Shown in pieces: positions 25,822 through 34,589 of a stretch of DNA of 60,575 bases. The position numbers were made by a program, and so were the translations under genes. Numbering within the stretch: position 1 is the first letter of the stretch; each line of letters begins with the position of its first letter. Under the pieces are notes generated by a model. The model was not told the origin of the DNA, did not search any database, and saw nothing but the letters and a program-made list of their open reading frames with translations. Location of the stretch: contig CALWDR010000136.1 in assembly GCA_944376745.1 (NCBI GenBank), positions 1-60,575 of the forward strand, in the 5' to 3' direction. The DNA is from an uncultured Lachnospiraceae bacterium (GTDB lineage: Bacteria > Bacillota > Clostridia > Lachnospirales > Lachnospiraceae).

Positions 25822-26679
25822 GTGTTGGTTTATTTTCAAAAGGGTTTTAACTACGGCCAGGACGGGCCGGGGAACCGGTTGGTGATCCATTTACAGGGCT
25901 GCAACATGCATTGTCCCTGGTGCTCCAACCCGGAGGGGATGGAGCCGGACAGGAACTTCGGCGGCGGGAATGGCGACAGAGCCTCCGGTGGCGGGAAAAT
26001 GGACAGGGCCCCCGGCGGGGGGAATGGCGACAGAGCCTCCGGCGGCGGGAAAATGGACAGAGCCCCCGGCGGCGGGAAGCTTTACCGGGCTTCCGTGGAA
26101 GAGCTGGCGGAGGAGATCGCAGACTGCGAATCCCTGTTTTTTGACGGCGGCGGCGTAACCTTTACCGGGGGCGAGGCGACCCTGCAGTTTGAGGAGCTGC
26201 GCAAGCTTCTGGCGGCGCTGAAGGAAAGGGGGATTCACACGGCCATCGAGACCAACGGCACCCATCCCCGGCTTCCGGAGCTGTTTCCGCTTCTGGATTT
26301 TCTGATGATGGATCTGAAGCAGATAGACGGAGTCATCCATCAGAGCGTCACGGGCGTGTCCAATCAGAGAATCCTGGAAAATGCCAGGAAGGCCGCGGCA
26401 GAGCATCCTAACGTGCTGTTTCGGATGCCTTTGATCCACGGGTTTAACACAGGCGCGGAGGACCGGAAGAGGTTTGTGGATTTCGCCGGGGAGCTTATGG
26501 CCGGGAGCGACGGGGAAAATGTAAAATTTGAGTTTTTGTATTACCACGAGTATGGAAAAGTAAAATGGGAGGCCTGCGGGAAGCCCTACAGGGTCAAGAA
26601 CGGTTTTGTCCCCGACGAGACCCGCGCCCGGTTCCGGCAGGCATTCTTGGAAAATAAGATACCGTTGATTCAGACATAG
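25822..26679 (+). CDS. Glycyl-radical enzyme activating protein (radical SAM), with an internal Gly-rich repeat insertion
   Basis: CNMHCPWCSNPE is a CX3CX2C cluster motif. The GGVTFTGGEATLQ SAM motif lies downstream of the repeat insertion. The gene sits immediately upstream of the GRE. Confidence 0.9.
   Translation: MLVYFQKGFNYGQDGPGNRLVIHLQGCNMHCPWCSNPEGMEPDRNFGGGNGDRASGGGKMDRAPGGGNGDRASGGGKMDRAPGGGKLYRASVEELAEEIADCESLFFDGGGVTFTGGEATLQFEELRKLLAALKERGIHTAIETNGTHPRLPELFPLLDFLMMDLKQIDGVIHQSVTGVSNQRILENARKAAAEHPNVLFRMPLIHGFNTGAEDRKRFVDFAGELMAGSDGENVKFEFLYYHEYGKVKWEACGKPYRVKNGFVPDETRARFRQAFLENKIPLIQT
25960..26079 (+). repeat. In-frame tandem repeat (27-bp sub-units in a 54-bp alternating period, about 4.4 sub-units)
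   Basis: Encodes GGGNGDRAS GGGKMDRAP GGGNGDRAS GGGKMDRAP GGGK, inserted about 10 residues after the radical-SAM cysteine motif. Confidence 0.9.
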
Positions 26680-26690
26680 GAGGGAAGATC

Positions 26691-29072
26691 ATGATCGAGA
26701 AGCTTTATGACGCAAAGACACTGGAGACAAAGGCAAAATCCCTGTTCCAGGCGGAACGTGCGCGAAAGCGGCTGGACGGCTGGCTCATCGCCAAGGAACA
26801 ATATGAGGATGTGATGGAACGGGAGGCGGATAAGCCCCATGTGATCAGGACGGCGCTGGCGCTTAAGCAGATCGTGTCCGTGCTGCCGCTGGATATTCAC
26901 AGGGACGCGGTGTTCGCCGGCACCCAGCGGGACGCTTTTGCCAGAAGCTACGCGCTGATCAACCCGGCGTTCCGGGTGGACACTTTCCAGGGGTACTGTG
27001 ACCCCACGGAGGTATTTGATTCCGTCGAGCCAAACGGGGAATTTACGGAGGAGCGGCTGGCGGCATTGCGGGGGAGGGTGGAGAAAAGCCCCTACGTGCA
27101 GGAATTAAAGCGGGTGTATGACAGCGCGGGCCCGGACATGGAGGAAGTGGCTTATTTCGTGGAGCAGGTGACGGGACATCTGATCCCGGATTTCCGCTAT
27201 GTGCTGACCCATGGGATTTCCGGCCTGCGGCAGAGGATCGGGGAGCGGAAGGAGCTTGTGACGGAGGAGAAGAAACGTGACCAGTACGAGGCCATGGAGA
27301 TTTCCCTGGACGCGCTGACACTGCTGGCGGAGCGCTATCACAGGCTGGCCCAGGAGAGCCTGGCAGGGCTTACCGGTATCGAGCGCCAGCGGCGCCAGCT
27401 CCTTGTCGAGACTCTGGAAAAGGTTCCAAAGCAGGGGGCGGATACCCTGTACGAGGCCATCCAGAGCTTTCTTTTGCTGTGGCAGGTGATGTGCCTGGAG
27501 CAGGCGCCCAACCCCTTTGCCTTCTCCGTGGGAAATGCGGACCGGATCTTTGAGCCCTACCGGGCTAAGGAGCAGCTGTCCAGGGAGCTGGCGGCTGGGC
27601 TGTTTGAGCATTTCCTGGTATTTTACAATGTGGGGGACAGAAGCTGGGCCATTTCCCAGAATATCATCCTGGGCGGCAAGAATGAAAAGGGGGAGGATCT
27701 GACGAACCTCACCACCTACAGCCTGCTGGACGCCTACTATGCCATGAATTTCCCCCAGCCCATTCTGTCAGTGAAGCTGCATCGTAACACGCCGGAGGAA
27801 CTGTACCGGGCCCTGGGACGCTTCTTCTTTACGCCGGGGATGCTGACCCCTTCCTTATTTAATGACGACGCGGTCTTTGAGGTGCTGCGGGAAAGCGGCG
27901 TGGAGGAGGAAGACCTGCCGGATTACTCCGTCGCGGGCTGCCAGGAGCCGCTGATCATGGGCAAGGACAACGGAAATACCACCAACAGCTGGCTGAACCT
28001 GGCGAAGATCCTGGAGCTTGCCTTAAACGACGGCAGATCGCTGCTGACAGAGAAGCAGATCGGGCCCACCTGGGAACAGATGGGGATCGAAGGCGAGATA
28101 GAGGCGGTGCTGCCCCAGATCCGGCAGGTGTTCTGGCAGTATCTTACCTATTTTACAAAACGCATGGTGAAAATGGCAAACGGGGCCTCCGGGGCGGTAT
28201 CCCTGCTGCCGGTTCCCTTCCTCTCCTGCTTTATGGGCGGCGTGGAGAGCGGCATTGACGTCCGGGATATCCATGAACAGGGGACGAAATACAACGGCAG
28301 CGGCTGCTTGATCCACGGACTTACCGTGGTGGCGGACTCCTTTGCGGCCATCGACGAACTGCTGAAGGCGGGAGAGACGGATGGAGAGACGCTGCTGGCG
28401 GCGTTAAAGAAGGATTTCGAGGGATATGAGAAGCTGTACAGCTTTCTCATGGATTGCCCCAAATTCGGCAACAACCAGCGGGTGGTGGATGAGGAGGCGG
28501 CCAGGATCGCCGGGGAGGTGTCCGCGCTGGTAAGGAGCCAGAAAAATTACCTGGGCAACCCCTTCCGCCCGGATTACTCCACCCCCAGCACCCACCTCAT
28601 CTACGGAAATCTGGTGGGCGCTCTGCCCAGCGGCAGGAAGGCCAGGGAAATGTTAAATTACGGCGTGGACCCGCTCTACGGCGAGGCGTCCGCCGGTCTT
28701 GGCTTCCGGGTACTGTCCACCAGAAAGCTGCCCTTTGAGACCTTCTGCGGCGGCTATGCCTCCCACCTGGGACTGGACCCCAAGTATTTCAAGGGAGCGG
28801 ATGACGAGGCCCGTGGACTGGAATTTCGGGATAAGATCGTAAAGACCCTGTTCTTCTACGACAAGGGGCAGTTCATCAGCCCCTTCTATCTCTATGTGAA
28901 TGTGACCACGCCGGACATGCTGCGGAAGGTGCTGGCGGAGCCAAAGAAGTATGCGCCCAGCGGCGTCTACATCATGCGGATACACGGGACCTTCGTGAAT
29001 TTCCTGGATCTGTCCCCGGAAATTCAGAACGACATCATCAAACGGCTGGATCTGGAATCTACCCGGTGCTGA
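26691..29072 (+). CDS. Glycyl radical enzyme, PFL-like fold, C-x-E (eliminase/dehydratase-type) active-site loop; substrate unknown
   Basis: 793 aa. The thiyl loop is SVAGCQEPLIMG (Cys codon 27939-27941). The C-terminal glycyl loop is YIMRIHGTFVNFLDLSPEIQNDIIKR (Gly codon 28986-28988). Confidence 0.9.
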   Translation: MIEKLYDAKTLETKAKSLFQAERARKRLDGWLIAKEQYEDVMEREADKPHVIRTALALKQIVSVLPLDIHRDAVFAGTQRDAFARSYALINPAFRVDTFQGYCDPTEVFDSVEPNGEFTEERLAALRGRVEKSPYVQELKRVYDSAGPDMEEVAYFVEQVTGHLIPDFRYVLTHGISGLRQRIGERKELVTEEKKRDQYEAMEISLDALTLLAERYHRLAQESLAGLTGIERQRRQLLVETLEKVPKQGADTLYEAIQSFLLLWQVMCLEQAPNPFAFSVGNADRIFEPYRAKEQLSRELAAGLFEHFLVFYNVGDRSWAISQNIILGGKNEKGEDLTNLTTYSLLDAYYAMNFPQPILSVKLHRNTPEELYRALGRFFFTPGMLTPSLFNDDAVFEVLRESGVEEEDLPDYSVAGCQEPLIMGKDNGNTTNSWLNLAKILELALNDGRSLLTEKQIGPTWEQMGIEGEIEAVLPQIRQVFWQYLTYFTKRMVKMANGASGAVSLLPVPFLSCFMGGVESGIDVRDIHEQGTKYNGSGCLIHGLTVVADSFAAIDELLKAGETDGETLLAALKKDFEGYEKLYSFLMDCPKFGNNQRVVDEEAARIAGEVSALVRSQKNYLGNPFRPDYSTPSTHLIYGNLVGALPSGRKAREMLNYGVDPLYGEASAGLGFRVLSTRKLPFETFCGGYASHLGLDPKYFKGADDEARGLEFRDKIVKTLFFYDKGQFISPFYLYVNVTTPDMLRKVLAEPKKYAPSGVYIMRIHGTFVNFLDLSPEIQNDIIKRLDLESTRC

Positions 29073-29087
29073 GGAAAGAGGTGGAAA

Positions 29088-31646
29088 ATGAAGACCATTG
29101 GCATTGATATCGGAACCACCACCATCTCCGCGGTGTTGCTGGATGCAGGGCGGGGCGAGACCCTGTGGGTCAAGACCGTTCCCAATACATCGGCCATTCC
29201 CTCAGAGAAGTCCTTTGAGCGGCTGCAGGACCCCGGTGAGATCCTGGCGCTCTGCGAAAATCTGTTGGAGGAGCTTCTGGCTGAGGCGCGCACGGGAGGC
29301 GGGAAGACGCCGGGCGCAGACCAGGCGCGCGCGGAGAGCGGTCAGGCGGCAGGCGCAGACCAGGCGCGCGCGGGGGGAGGGAAGGCGGCAGGCGCAGACC
29401 AGGCGTCTGCGGGGGCCAGTCAGGCGGCAGGCGCGGAAGCAACATCCGCATTTGGCGGTGGCAGTAAGATAGCCGCCCTTGGCGTGACGGGGCAGATGCA
29501 CGGCATCCTCTATCTGGATGCGCAGGGAAATCCGGTAACGCCCCTCTATACCTGGCAGGACGGGCGGGGGGACCAGCCCTTCGGGGAGGGGGAGACTTAT
29601 GCCTCCGCCGCCCGGAACAAGACCGGGTACCGGCTGGCCTCCGGGTTTGGCAGTGTGACGCATTTTTACAACACGGTCAACCATCTGATCCCCAGGGAGG
29701 CGGTGTGCCTCTGCACCATTGCCGACTTTGTGGCCATGAAATTTTGCGGGCGCAGGAAACCCCTGCTCCATCCCAGCATGGCGGCTAGTCTGGGCCTCTA
29801 TGACGGACAGAAAAATAATTTCGACAGGCAGGCGGGGGAGGCCCTGGGCATGGACATGAGTTTCTTCGGGAAGCCGGCCTCCACAGAGTGCTTCATAGGA
29901 AAAACGCCCCAGGAGATTCCGGTGGCGGCAGCCCTGGGGGATAATCAGGCCAGTTTCCTGGGAGCGGTGCGGGGAAGCGGGGAGGAAGCCTCGGAGAACG
30001 CCATTTTGCTCAACATCGGGACCGGCAGCCAGATCTCCATTTTCTGCGAGCAAGCAGGGGAGGCGGGAGCGGGGGAATACCGCCCCTATGTGAAGGGGAA
30101 ATTTTTGTGGGTGGGGTCGCCCCTCTGCGGCGGCTATTCCTACCATCTGCTGAGAAGGTTCTTCGGGGAGACCCTGGAGCTGTTCGGCGCAAAGTCGGAG
30201 GCGGAGCTGTACCAGGTCATGAACCAGGCGGCGGGAGAGCTTTACGGGCGTCTTGGCGGGACGCCCCTGGTGGTGGATACCCGCTTTCGGGGAACCAGGG
30301 ACGTGCCTACCCTTCAGGGGAGCGCGGCCCATTTGACGGAGGACACGCTGCATCCCGATCACTTGATCCTGGGCTTTCTCCAGGGCATTGCCCGGGAACT
30401 CTATGAGCTTTATCAGGCGTTCCCCGGCCAAAAGGATGCCTTCCGGCTGATCGGAAGCGGCAACGGGCTTCGGAAAAATCCGCTTTTGGTCAAAATATGC
30501 GCGGATATGTTCGGCAGGGAGCTGATCCTTTCCAGATTGCCGGAGGAGGCGGCCTGCGGCAGCGCCTTTTTCGCCCTGGATCTTTTCCGGGAGGAGCTGG
30601 TCCGCCGCCCTATTTTCTTTGAGCGCAACCGGGTCAGGCGCGTGTATGACGGCGGGCTTCTGTTCAGCGACTTTTTCGGGGATGAGAAAAAGGACGGGAA
30701 ACGCCCGGAGGAGTGGGTGGCCTCCACGGTGAAGGCCCTCAACAGGGACAGCGGCCCGGATTCCACGGAGGGACTCAGCATCGTGAAGGACACCGACATT
30801 TCCCTGAAGGAGCTGGTTTCCCGGATGCCGGAGGAAGTGGCCGGGGAGGCCGGGGAGCTGGGAATCCTGGTAAAAATCCTGGACAGCGGCATCCGGCTTC
30901 CCTTCCAGGTGCACCCGGACCCGGCATTTTCCCGGAAATATTTTCACAGCGATTACGGGAAAACGGAGATGTGGCTGATCCTCGCCGTCCGGGAGGGGGC
31001 CAGCATCGGCTTTGGCTTCCGGGAGCCCATGACCAAGGAGCGGCTTGGGGAGCTGGTAACACGGGCGGAGCGGGACAGGGATGTCTTTGAGCACTGTCTG
31101 AATCAGATTCCCGTAAAACCGGGGGACGTCTTTCTGATCCCCGCCAATGTCGTGCATGCCATCGGCTATGGCTGCCTGCTTCTGGAGGTCCAGGAGCCCA
31201 CAGACTTTACCATTCAGCCGGAGCGGTGGTGCGGGGATTACAGGCTCAGCGACAAGGAAATGTATCTGGGATTGAAAAAGGAGGAGGCCCTGGACTGCTT
31301 CGATTATTCTATTTGCGGAGCGGATGCCGTGGCCCTTGCCAGGAAAGAGCCTCGGGTGATAAGAAGGGAGTCTGGCCTTCTCTCGGAGGAGCTGATCGGA
31401 CCAAAGGATACTCCCTGCTTTTCGGTCCTGCGCCATAGGATTTCGGATGGGAAGCTGGCGCTTCCCAAAGGCCCTGCCGTCTATATTGTCACGGAAGGGG
31501 AAGGCGTGTTGGAAGGGGAGAACTACAGCCGGCCCCTGAAGAAGGGGGACTATTATCTGCTGCCCGCCGGGGCCGGGGAAGGGTTCTTTGTGACCTCCGG
31601 GCCGGGGATGGAGCTGGCGGAGTGCGTGCCGCCGGGGAGAGGGTAG
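29088..31646 (+). CDS. Fusion protein: FGGY/sedoheptulokinase-like carbohydrate kinase plus class I mannose-6-phosphate isomerase-like cupin
   Basis: N-terminus: MKTIGIDIGTTTISAVLLD, GVTGQMHGILYLD..PLYTWQDGRG and GDNQASFLGA. C-terminus: ILVKILDSGIRLPFQVHPD, YGKTEMWLIL and VHAIGYGCLLLEVQEPTDFT. Confidence 0.8.
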   Translation: MKTIGIDIGTTTISAVLLDAGRGETLWVKTVPNTSAIPSEKSFERLQDPGEILALCENLLEELLAEARTGGGKTPGADQARAESGQAAGADQARAGGGKAAGADQASAGASQAAGAEATSAFGGGSKIAALGVTGQMHGILYLDAQGNPVTPLYTWQDGRGDQPFGEGETYASAARNKTGYRLASGFGSVTHFYNTVNHLIPREAVCLCTIADFVAMKFCGRRKPLLHPSMAASLGLYDGQKNNFDRQAGEALGMDMSFFGKPASTECFIGKTPQEIPVAAALGDNQASFLGAVRGSGEEASENAILLNIGTGSQISIFCEQAGEAGAGEYRPYVKGKFLWVGSPLCGGYSYHLLRRFFGETLELFGAKSEAELYQVMNQAAGELYGRLGGTPLVVDTRFRGTRDVPTLQGSAAHLTEDTLHPDHLILGFLQGIARELYELYQAFPGQKDAFRLIGSGNGLRKNPLLVKICADMFGRELILSRLPEEAACGSAFFALDLFREELVRRPIFFERNRVRRVYDGGLLFSDFFGDEKKDGKRPEEWVASTVKALNRDSGPDSTEGLSIVKDTDISLKELVSRMPEEVAGEAGELGILVKILDSGIRLPFQVHPDPAFSRKYFHSDYGKTEMWLILAVREGASIGFGFREPMTKERLGELVTRAERDRDVFEHCLNQIPVKPGDVFLIPANVVHAIGYGCLLLEVQEPTDFTIQPERWCGDYRLSDKEMYLGLKKEEALDCFDYSICGADAVALARKEPRVIRRESGLLSEELIGPKDTPCFSVLRHRISDGKLALPKGPAVYIVTEGEGVLEGENYSRPLKKGDYYLLPAGAGEGFFVTSGPGMELAECVPPGRG
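29313..29441 (+). repeat. In-frame 39-bp tandem repeat, about 3.3 copies
   Basis: Encodes GADQARAESGQAA GADQARAGGGKAA GADQASAGASQAA GAEA within the kinase domain. Confidence 0.9.
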
Positions 31647-31684
31647 AGGTTGGCGTTATGAAGATTGTGAAAACTTTTGCTATC

Positions 31685-31714
31685 TTGACGAAATCCACAA
31701 AGTCTGTCTATAAT
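31685..31714 (+). promoter_or_regulatory. Sigma-70-type promoter candidate for the TM1266-like/hydF genes
   Basis: TTGACG (31685-31690), 18-nt spacer, TATAAT (31709-31714). A GGAAGCCTT...AAGGCTTCC hairpin follows in the leader. Confidence 0.55.
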
Positions 31715-31788
31715 CATAAGTGGAAGCCTTTCTCTCTGTCCAAAAGAGCATGAAGGCTTCCAAATACATGAAATTAAGGAAGAACGAA

Positions 31789-32034
31789 ATGGAAACCAGA
31801 GTTGCGATTATCGGTGTGATCGTGGAGGACGAGCTTTCCGCCCCCAGACTGAACCAGCTTTTGCATGAATACGCGCAGTATATTGTGGGGCGCATGGGGA
31901 TTCCGTACCGGGAACGGGGGATCAACATCATCAGCATTGCCATAGACGCGCCCCAGGACGTGATCAGCGCCCTGTCCGGGAAGATCGGAGCGCTTCCGGG
32001 CGTGAGCTGTAAGGCTGTGTATTCCAGGCTTTAG
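31789..32034 (+). CDS. TM1266-family putative iron-only hydrogenase system regulator
   Basis: METRVAIIGVIVED..LNQLLHEYAQYIVGRMGIPYRERGINIISIAIDAP, 81 aa, directly upstream of hydF. AAGGAAG RBS is present. Confidence 0.65.
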   Translation: METRVAIIGVIVEDELSAPRLNQLLHEYAQYIVGRMGIPYRERGINIISIAIDAPQDVISALSGKIGALPGVSCKAVYSRL

Positions 32035-32097
32035 CAGGGCGCGGCTGCGGCGAAGACGGATTTTTGAAATGGATGAAATGAGAAAAGAGGGATAGCA

Positions 32098-33420
32098 ATG
32101 AGTTTGAATCAGACACCGTCTGCCGATCGGGTGCATATCGGCTTTTTTGGGAGGCGGAATGCGGGAAAATCAAGTGTTGTAAACGCGGTGACGGGACAGG
32201 AGCTGGCCGTGGTGTCGGACATAAAGGGCACCACCACGGACCCGGTGCAGAAGGCCATGGAGCTGCTGCCCGTGGGGCCGGTGGTGATCATCGACACGCC
32301 CGGGATCGACGATGAGGGCGCGCTGGGGGAGCTTCGGGTAAAAAAGACCCGCCAGGTGCTGAACCGTATCGATGTTGCGGTGCTGGTGGTGGATGCCCTG
32401 GAAGGAAAACGGGAGGCGGACGAGGAACTGCTTGCCCTGTTCCGGGAGAAAAATATCCCCTATCTGGTGGCATATAATAAGAAGGATCTGCTGGAGCAGA
32501 AGGAGGGAGCCGGGACACCTGCGCCGGGACCGGAGCCTGGCACTGCTGCCGGAACGCCCGCGCCGGGACCGGAGCCTGGCACTGCTGCCGGGACGTCCGC
32601 ACCGGGCCAGGAGCTATATGTCAGCGCCAGGACCGGGGAGCAGATCTGGGAGCTGAAGGAGCGGATCGCGGCACTGGCGGCGACGGAGGAGAGTGAGAAG
32701 CGGATCGTGGCGGATCTGCTGAGCCCCTCTGATTTTGTGGTGCTGGTGGTGCCCATCGACAAGGCGGCGCCCAAGGGCCGCCTGATCCTGCCCCAGCAGC
32801 AGGCCATCCGGGATATTCTGGAGGCGAACGCCGTCTCCGTGGTGGTGAAGGAGACGGAGCTTAAGGATACGTTGGAGCATCTGGGCCGGAAGCCGCGGCT
32901 GGTGATCACGGACAGCCAGGTATTTGCCAGGGTCCACCAGGAGACACCCGAGGATATTATGTTAACCTCCTTTTCCATCCTGTTTGCCAGATATAAGGGA
33001 GATTTGAAGACGTTGGTGAAAGGCGCCGCGGCAATTGAGGGACTGCGGGACGGCGACACGGTGTTGATTTCCGAGGGCTGTACCCATCACCGGCAGTGCG
33101 GCGATATCGGTTCCGTGAAGCTGCCGGGCCTGTTGAAAAAATATACCGGAAAAGAGCTTCAGATCAAGCTGACCTCGGGCACGGAATTTCCGGAGGATTT
33201 AAAGCCTTATAAGCTGATCATCCACTGCGGCGGCTGCATGCTCAATGAGCGGGAGATGAAGTACCGCTTAAAATGCGCCGGCGACGCTCAGGTTCCCATG
33301 ACCAATTACGGCGTGTCCATGGCCTATATGCAGGGGATTTTGGAACGGACCCTTATGCCCTTCCCGGATATTTACCGGCAGCTTCAGGAGGAAAAGAAAG
33401 GGGACACGGACGGGAGGTGA
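32098..33420 (+). CDS. hydF: [FeFe] hydrogenase H-cluster maturation GTPase HydF
   Basis: GRRNAGKSS, DTPG and NKKD GTPase motifs, with C-terminal cluster ligands CTHHRQC ... HCGGC. Confidence 0.9.
   Translation: MSLNQTPSADRVHIGFFGRRNAGKSSVVNAVTGQELAVVSDIKGTTTDPVQKAMELLPVGPVVIIDTPGIDDEGALGELRVKKTRQVLNRIDVAVLVVDALEGKREADEELLALFREKNIPYLVAYNKKDLLEQKEGAGTPAPGPEPGTAAGTPAPGPEPGTAAGTSAPGQELYVSARTGEQIWELKERIAALAATEESEKRIVADLLSPSDFVVLVVPIDKAAPKGRLILPQQQAIRDILEANAVSVVVKETELKDTLEHLGRKPRLVITDSQVFARVHQETPEDIMLTSFSILFARYKGDLKTLVKGAAAIEGLRDGDTVLISEGCTHHRQCGDIGSVKLPGLLKKYTGKELQIKLTSGTEFPEDLKPYKLIIHCGGCMLNEREMKYRLKCAGDAQVPMTNYGVSMAYMQGILERTLMPFPDIYRQLQEEKKGDTDGR
32512..32610 (+). repeat. In-frame 39-bp tandem repeat, about 2.5 copies, in the HydF interdomain linker
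   Basis: Encodes GTPAPGPEPGTAA GTPAPGPEPGTAA GTSAPGQ. Confidence 0.9.
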
Positions 33421-33583
33421 AGCTTCCGCCGGACGTCCGAGGAAATGGACAGGCATCTAAAATGTCATAAAATCGCAAGAAACTTTTGAGAAAAAAGAAA
33501 AGAACTTTCTACCGCCCTTTCTTATAATGTACACAGAACGGGAATACTTCTGATATAGTACAAGAGAAAGGGTGGTTATTTTT

Positions 33584-34507
33584 ATGTCCAGAAAAAATGG
33601 AGAGTTAGAATTTATAGAGATCAACCGGCTGACCCGCCCCCGGACAGTCAGCTCCGGGAAGAGAAGGGGGAGGAATCGCCCTGGGGGCACCCATGGAGGC
33701 CGTTCGGCGGAAATGAGGAAAAAATCTCATTTTTGCTGGGGAGTCCTGGCGGCGATCACTTTGGGGTGCCTGGTTCTTGTGGGAGTGGCTTCCCGGGTCC
33801 TGCCGAGGGAAGGCGGGGTGTTCCCGTGGCTTATGGGAGAAGCCAGGGGGGAGAGCCAGGAGGCGGAGGCCTTTCTGAACAGCCAAAAGATTCAGGAGGA
33901 GTATCCGGAGGATCTGTTGGAGATGGCCCGGTTAAATGAGGAGACCCTGGATTTTGTGAAGGACTATCCCAACCGCAGCCAGTACCAGAATCAGCCCATT
34001 GATCTGTCGGAGGATTATACGCCGGGGCAGGTGCCGCTGCTCATGCAGTGGGACAAGCGCTGGGGCTACAACAGCTACGGGGACAGCATCATCGCCGTCT
34101 CCGGCTGCGGGCCGGTCTGCCTTGACATGGCCTATCTGTATTTTACGGGGGATACGGCGTTAAATCCCAGAGAAATGGCGAAATTCGCCGCCGATAACGG
34201 CTATTACACCGAGGCCGGGACAAGCTGGAGCCTGTGGACGGAAGGGGCGGCCAAACTGGGCCTGCGGGGGGAGACCTTATCCCTGGATGAAAATGTGATG
34301 AAGCGGGCCCTTGACAATGGCGGGCTCATCGTCTGCAGCATGGCCCCCGGAGATTTCACCACCACCGGACATTTTATTCTGCTTACCGGGTATGATGAGA
34401 AGGGCTTTTTTGTCAACGACCCCAACCGCCACAGCACCAGCGAGAAACAGTGGGAGTTTGATACACTGAAAGACCAGATCAAAAATTTATGGGGGCTTTA
34501 TCCATAG
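33584..34507 (+). CDS. Membrane-anchored C39-like cysteine peptidase domain protein
   Basis: One TM segment, then IAVSGCGPVCLDMAY..TTGHFILLTGYDEKGFFVNDPN (Cys/His pattern of the C39-like fold). Confidence 0.65.
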   Translation: MSRKNGELEFIEINRLTRPRTVSSGKRRGRNRPGGTHGGRSAEMRKKSHFCWGVLAAITLGCLVLVGVASRVLPREGGVFPWLMGEARGESQEAEAFLNSQKIQEEYPEDLLEMARLNEETLDFVKDYPNRSQYQNQPIDLSEDYTPGQVPLLMQWDKRWGYNSYGDSIIAVSGCGPVCLDMAYLYFTGDTALNPREMAKFAADNGYYTEAGTSWSLWTEGAAKLGLRGETLSLDENVMKRALDNGGLIVCSMAPGDFTTTGHFILLTGYDEKGFFVNDPNRHSTSEKQWEFDTLKDQIKNLWGLYP

Positions 34508-34589
34508 ACGGATAAGCCCCCTGTTTTCTCTGCGGTATGGCTTTTGTGATCGAGCGGCCTCTGATTTTTGGCGGAAGCCGCGGCTGTTC

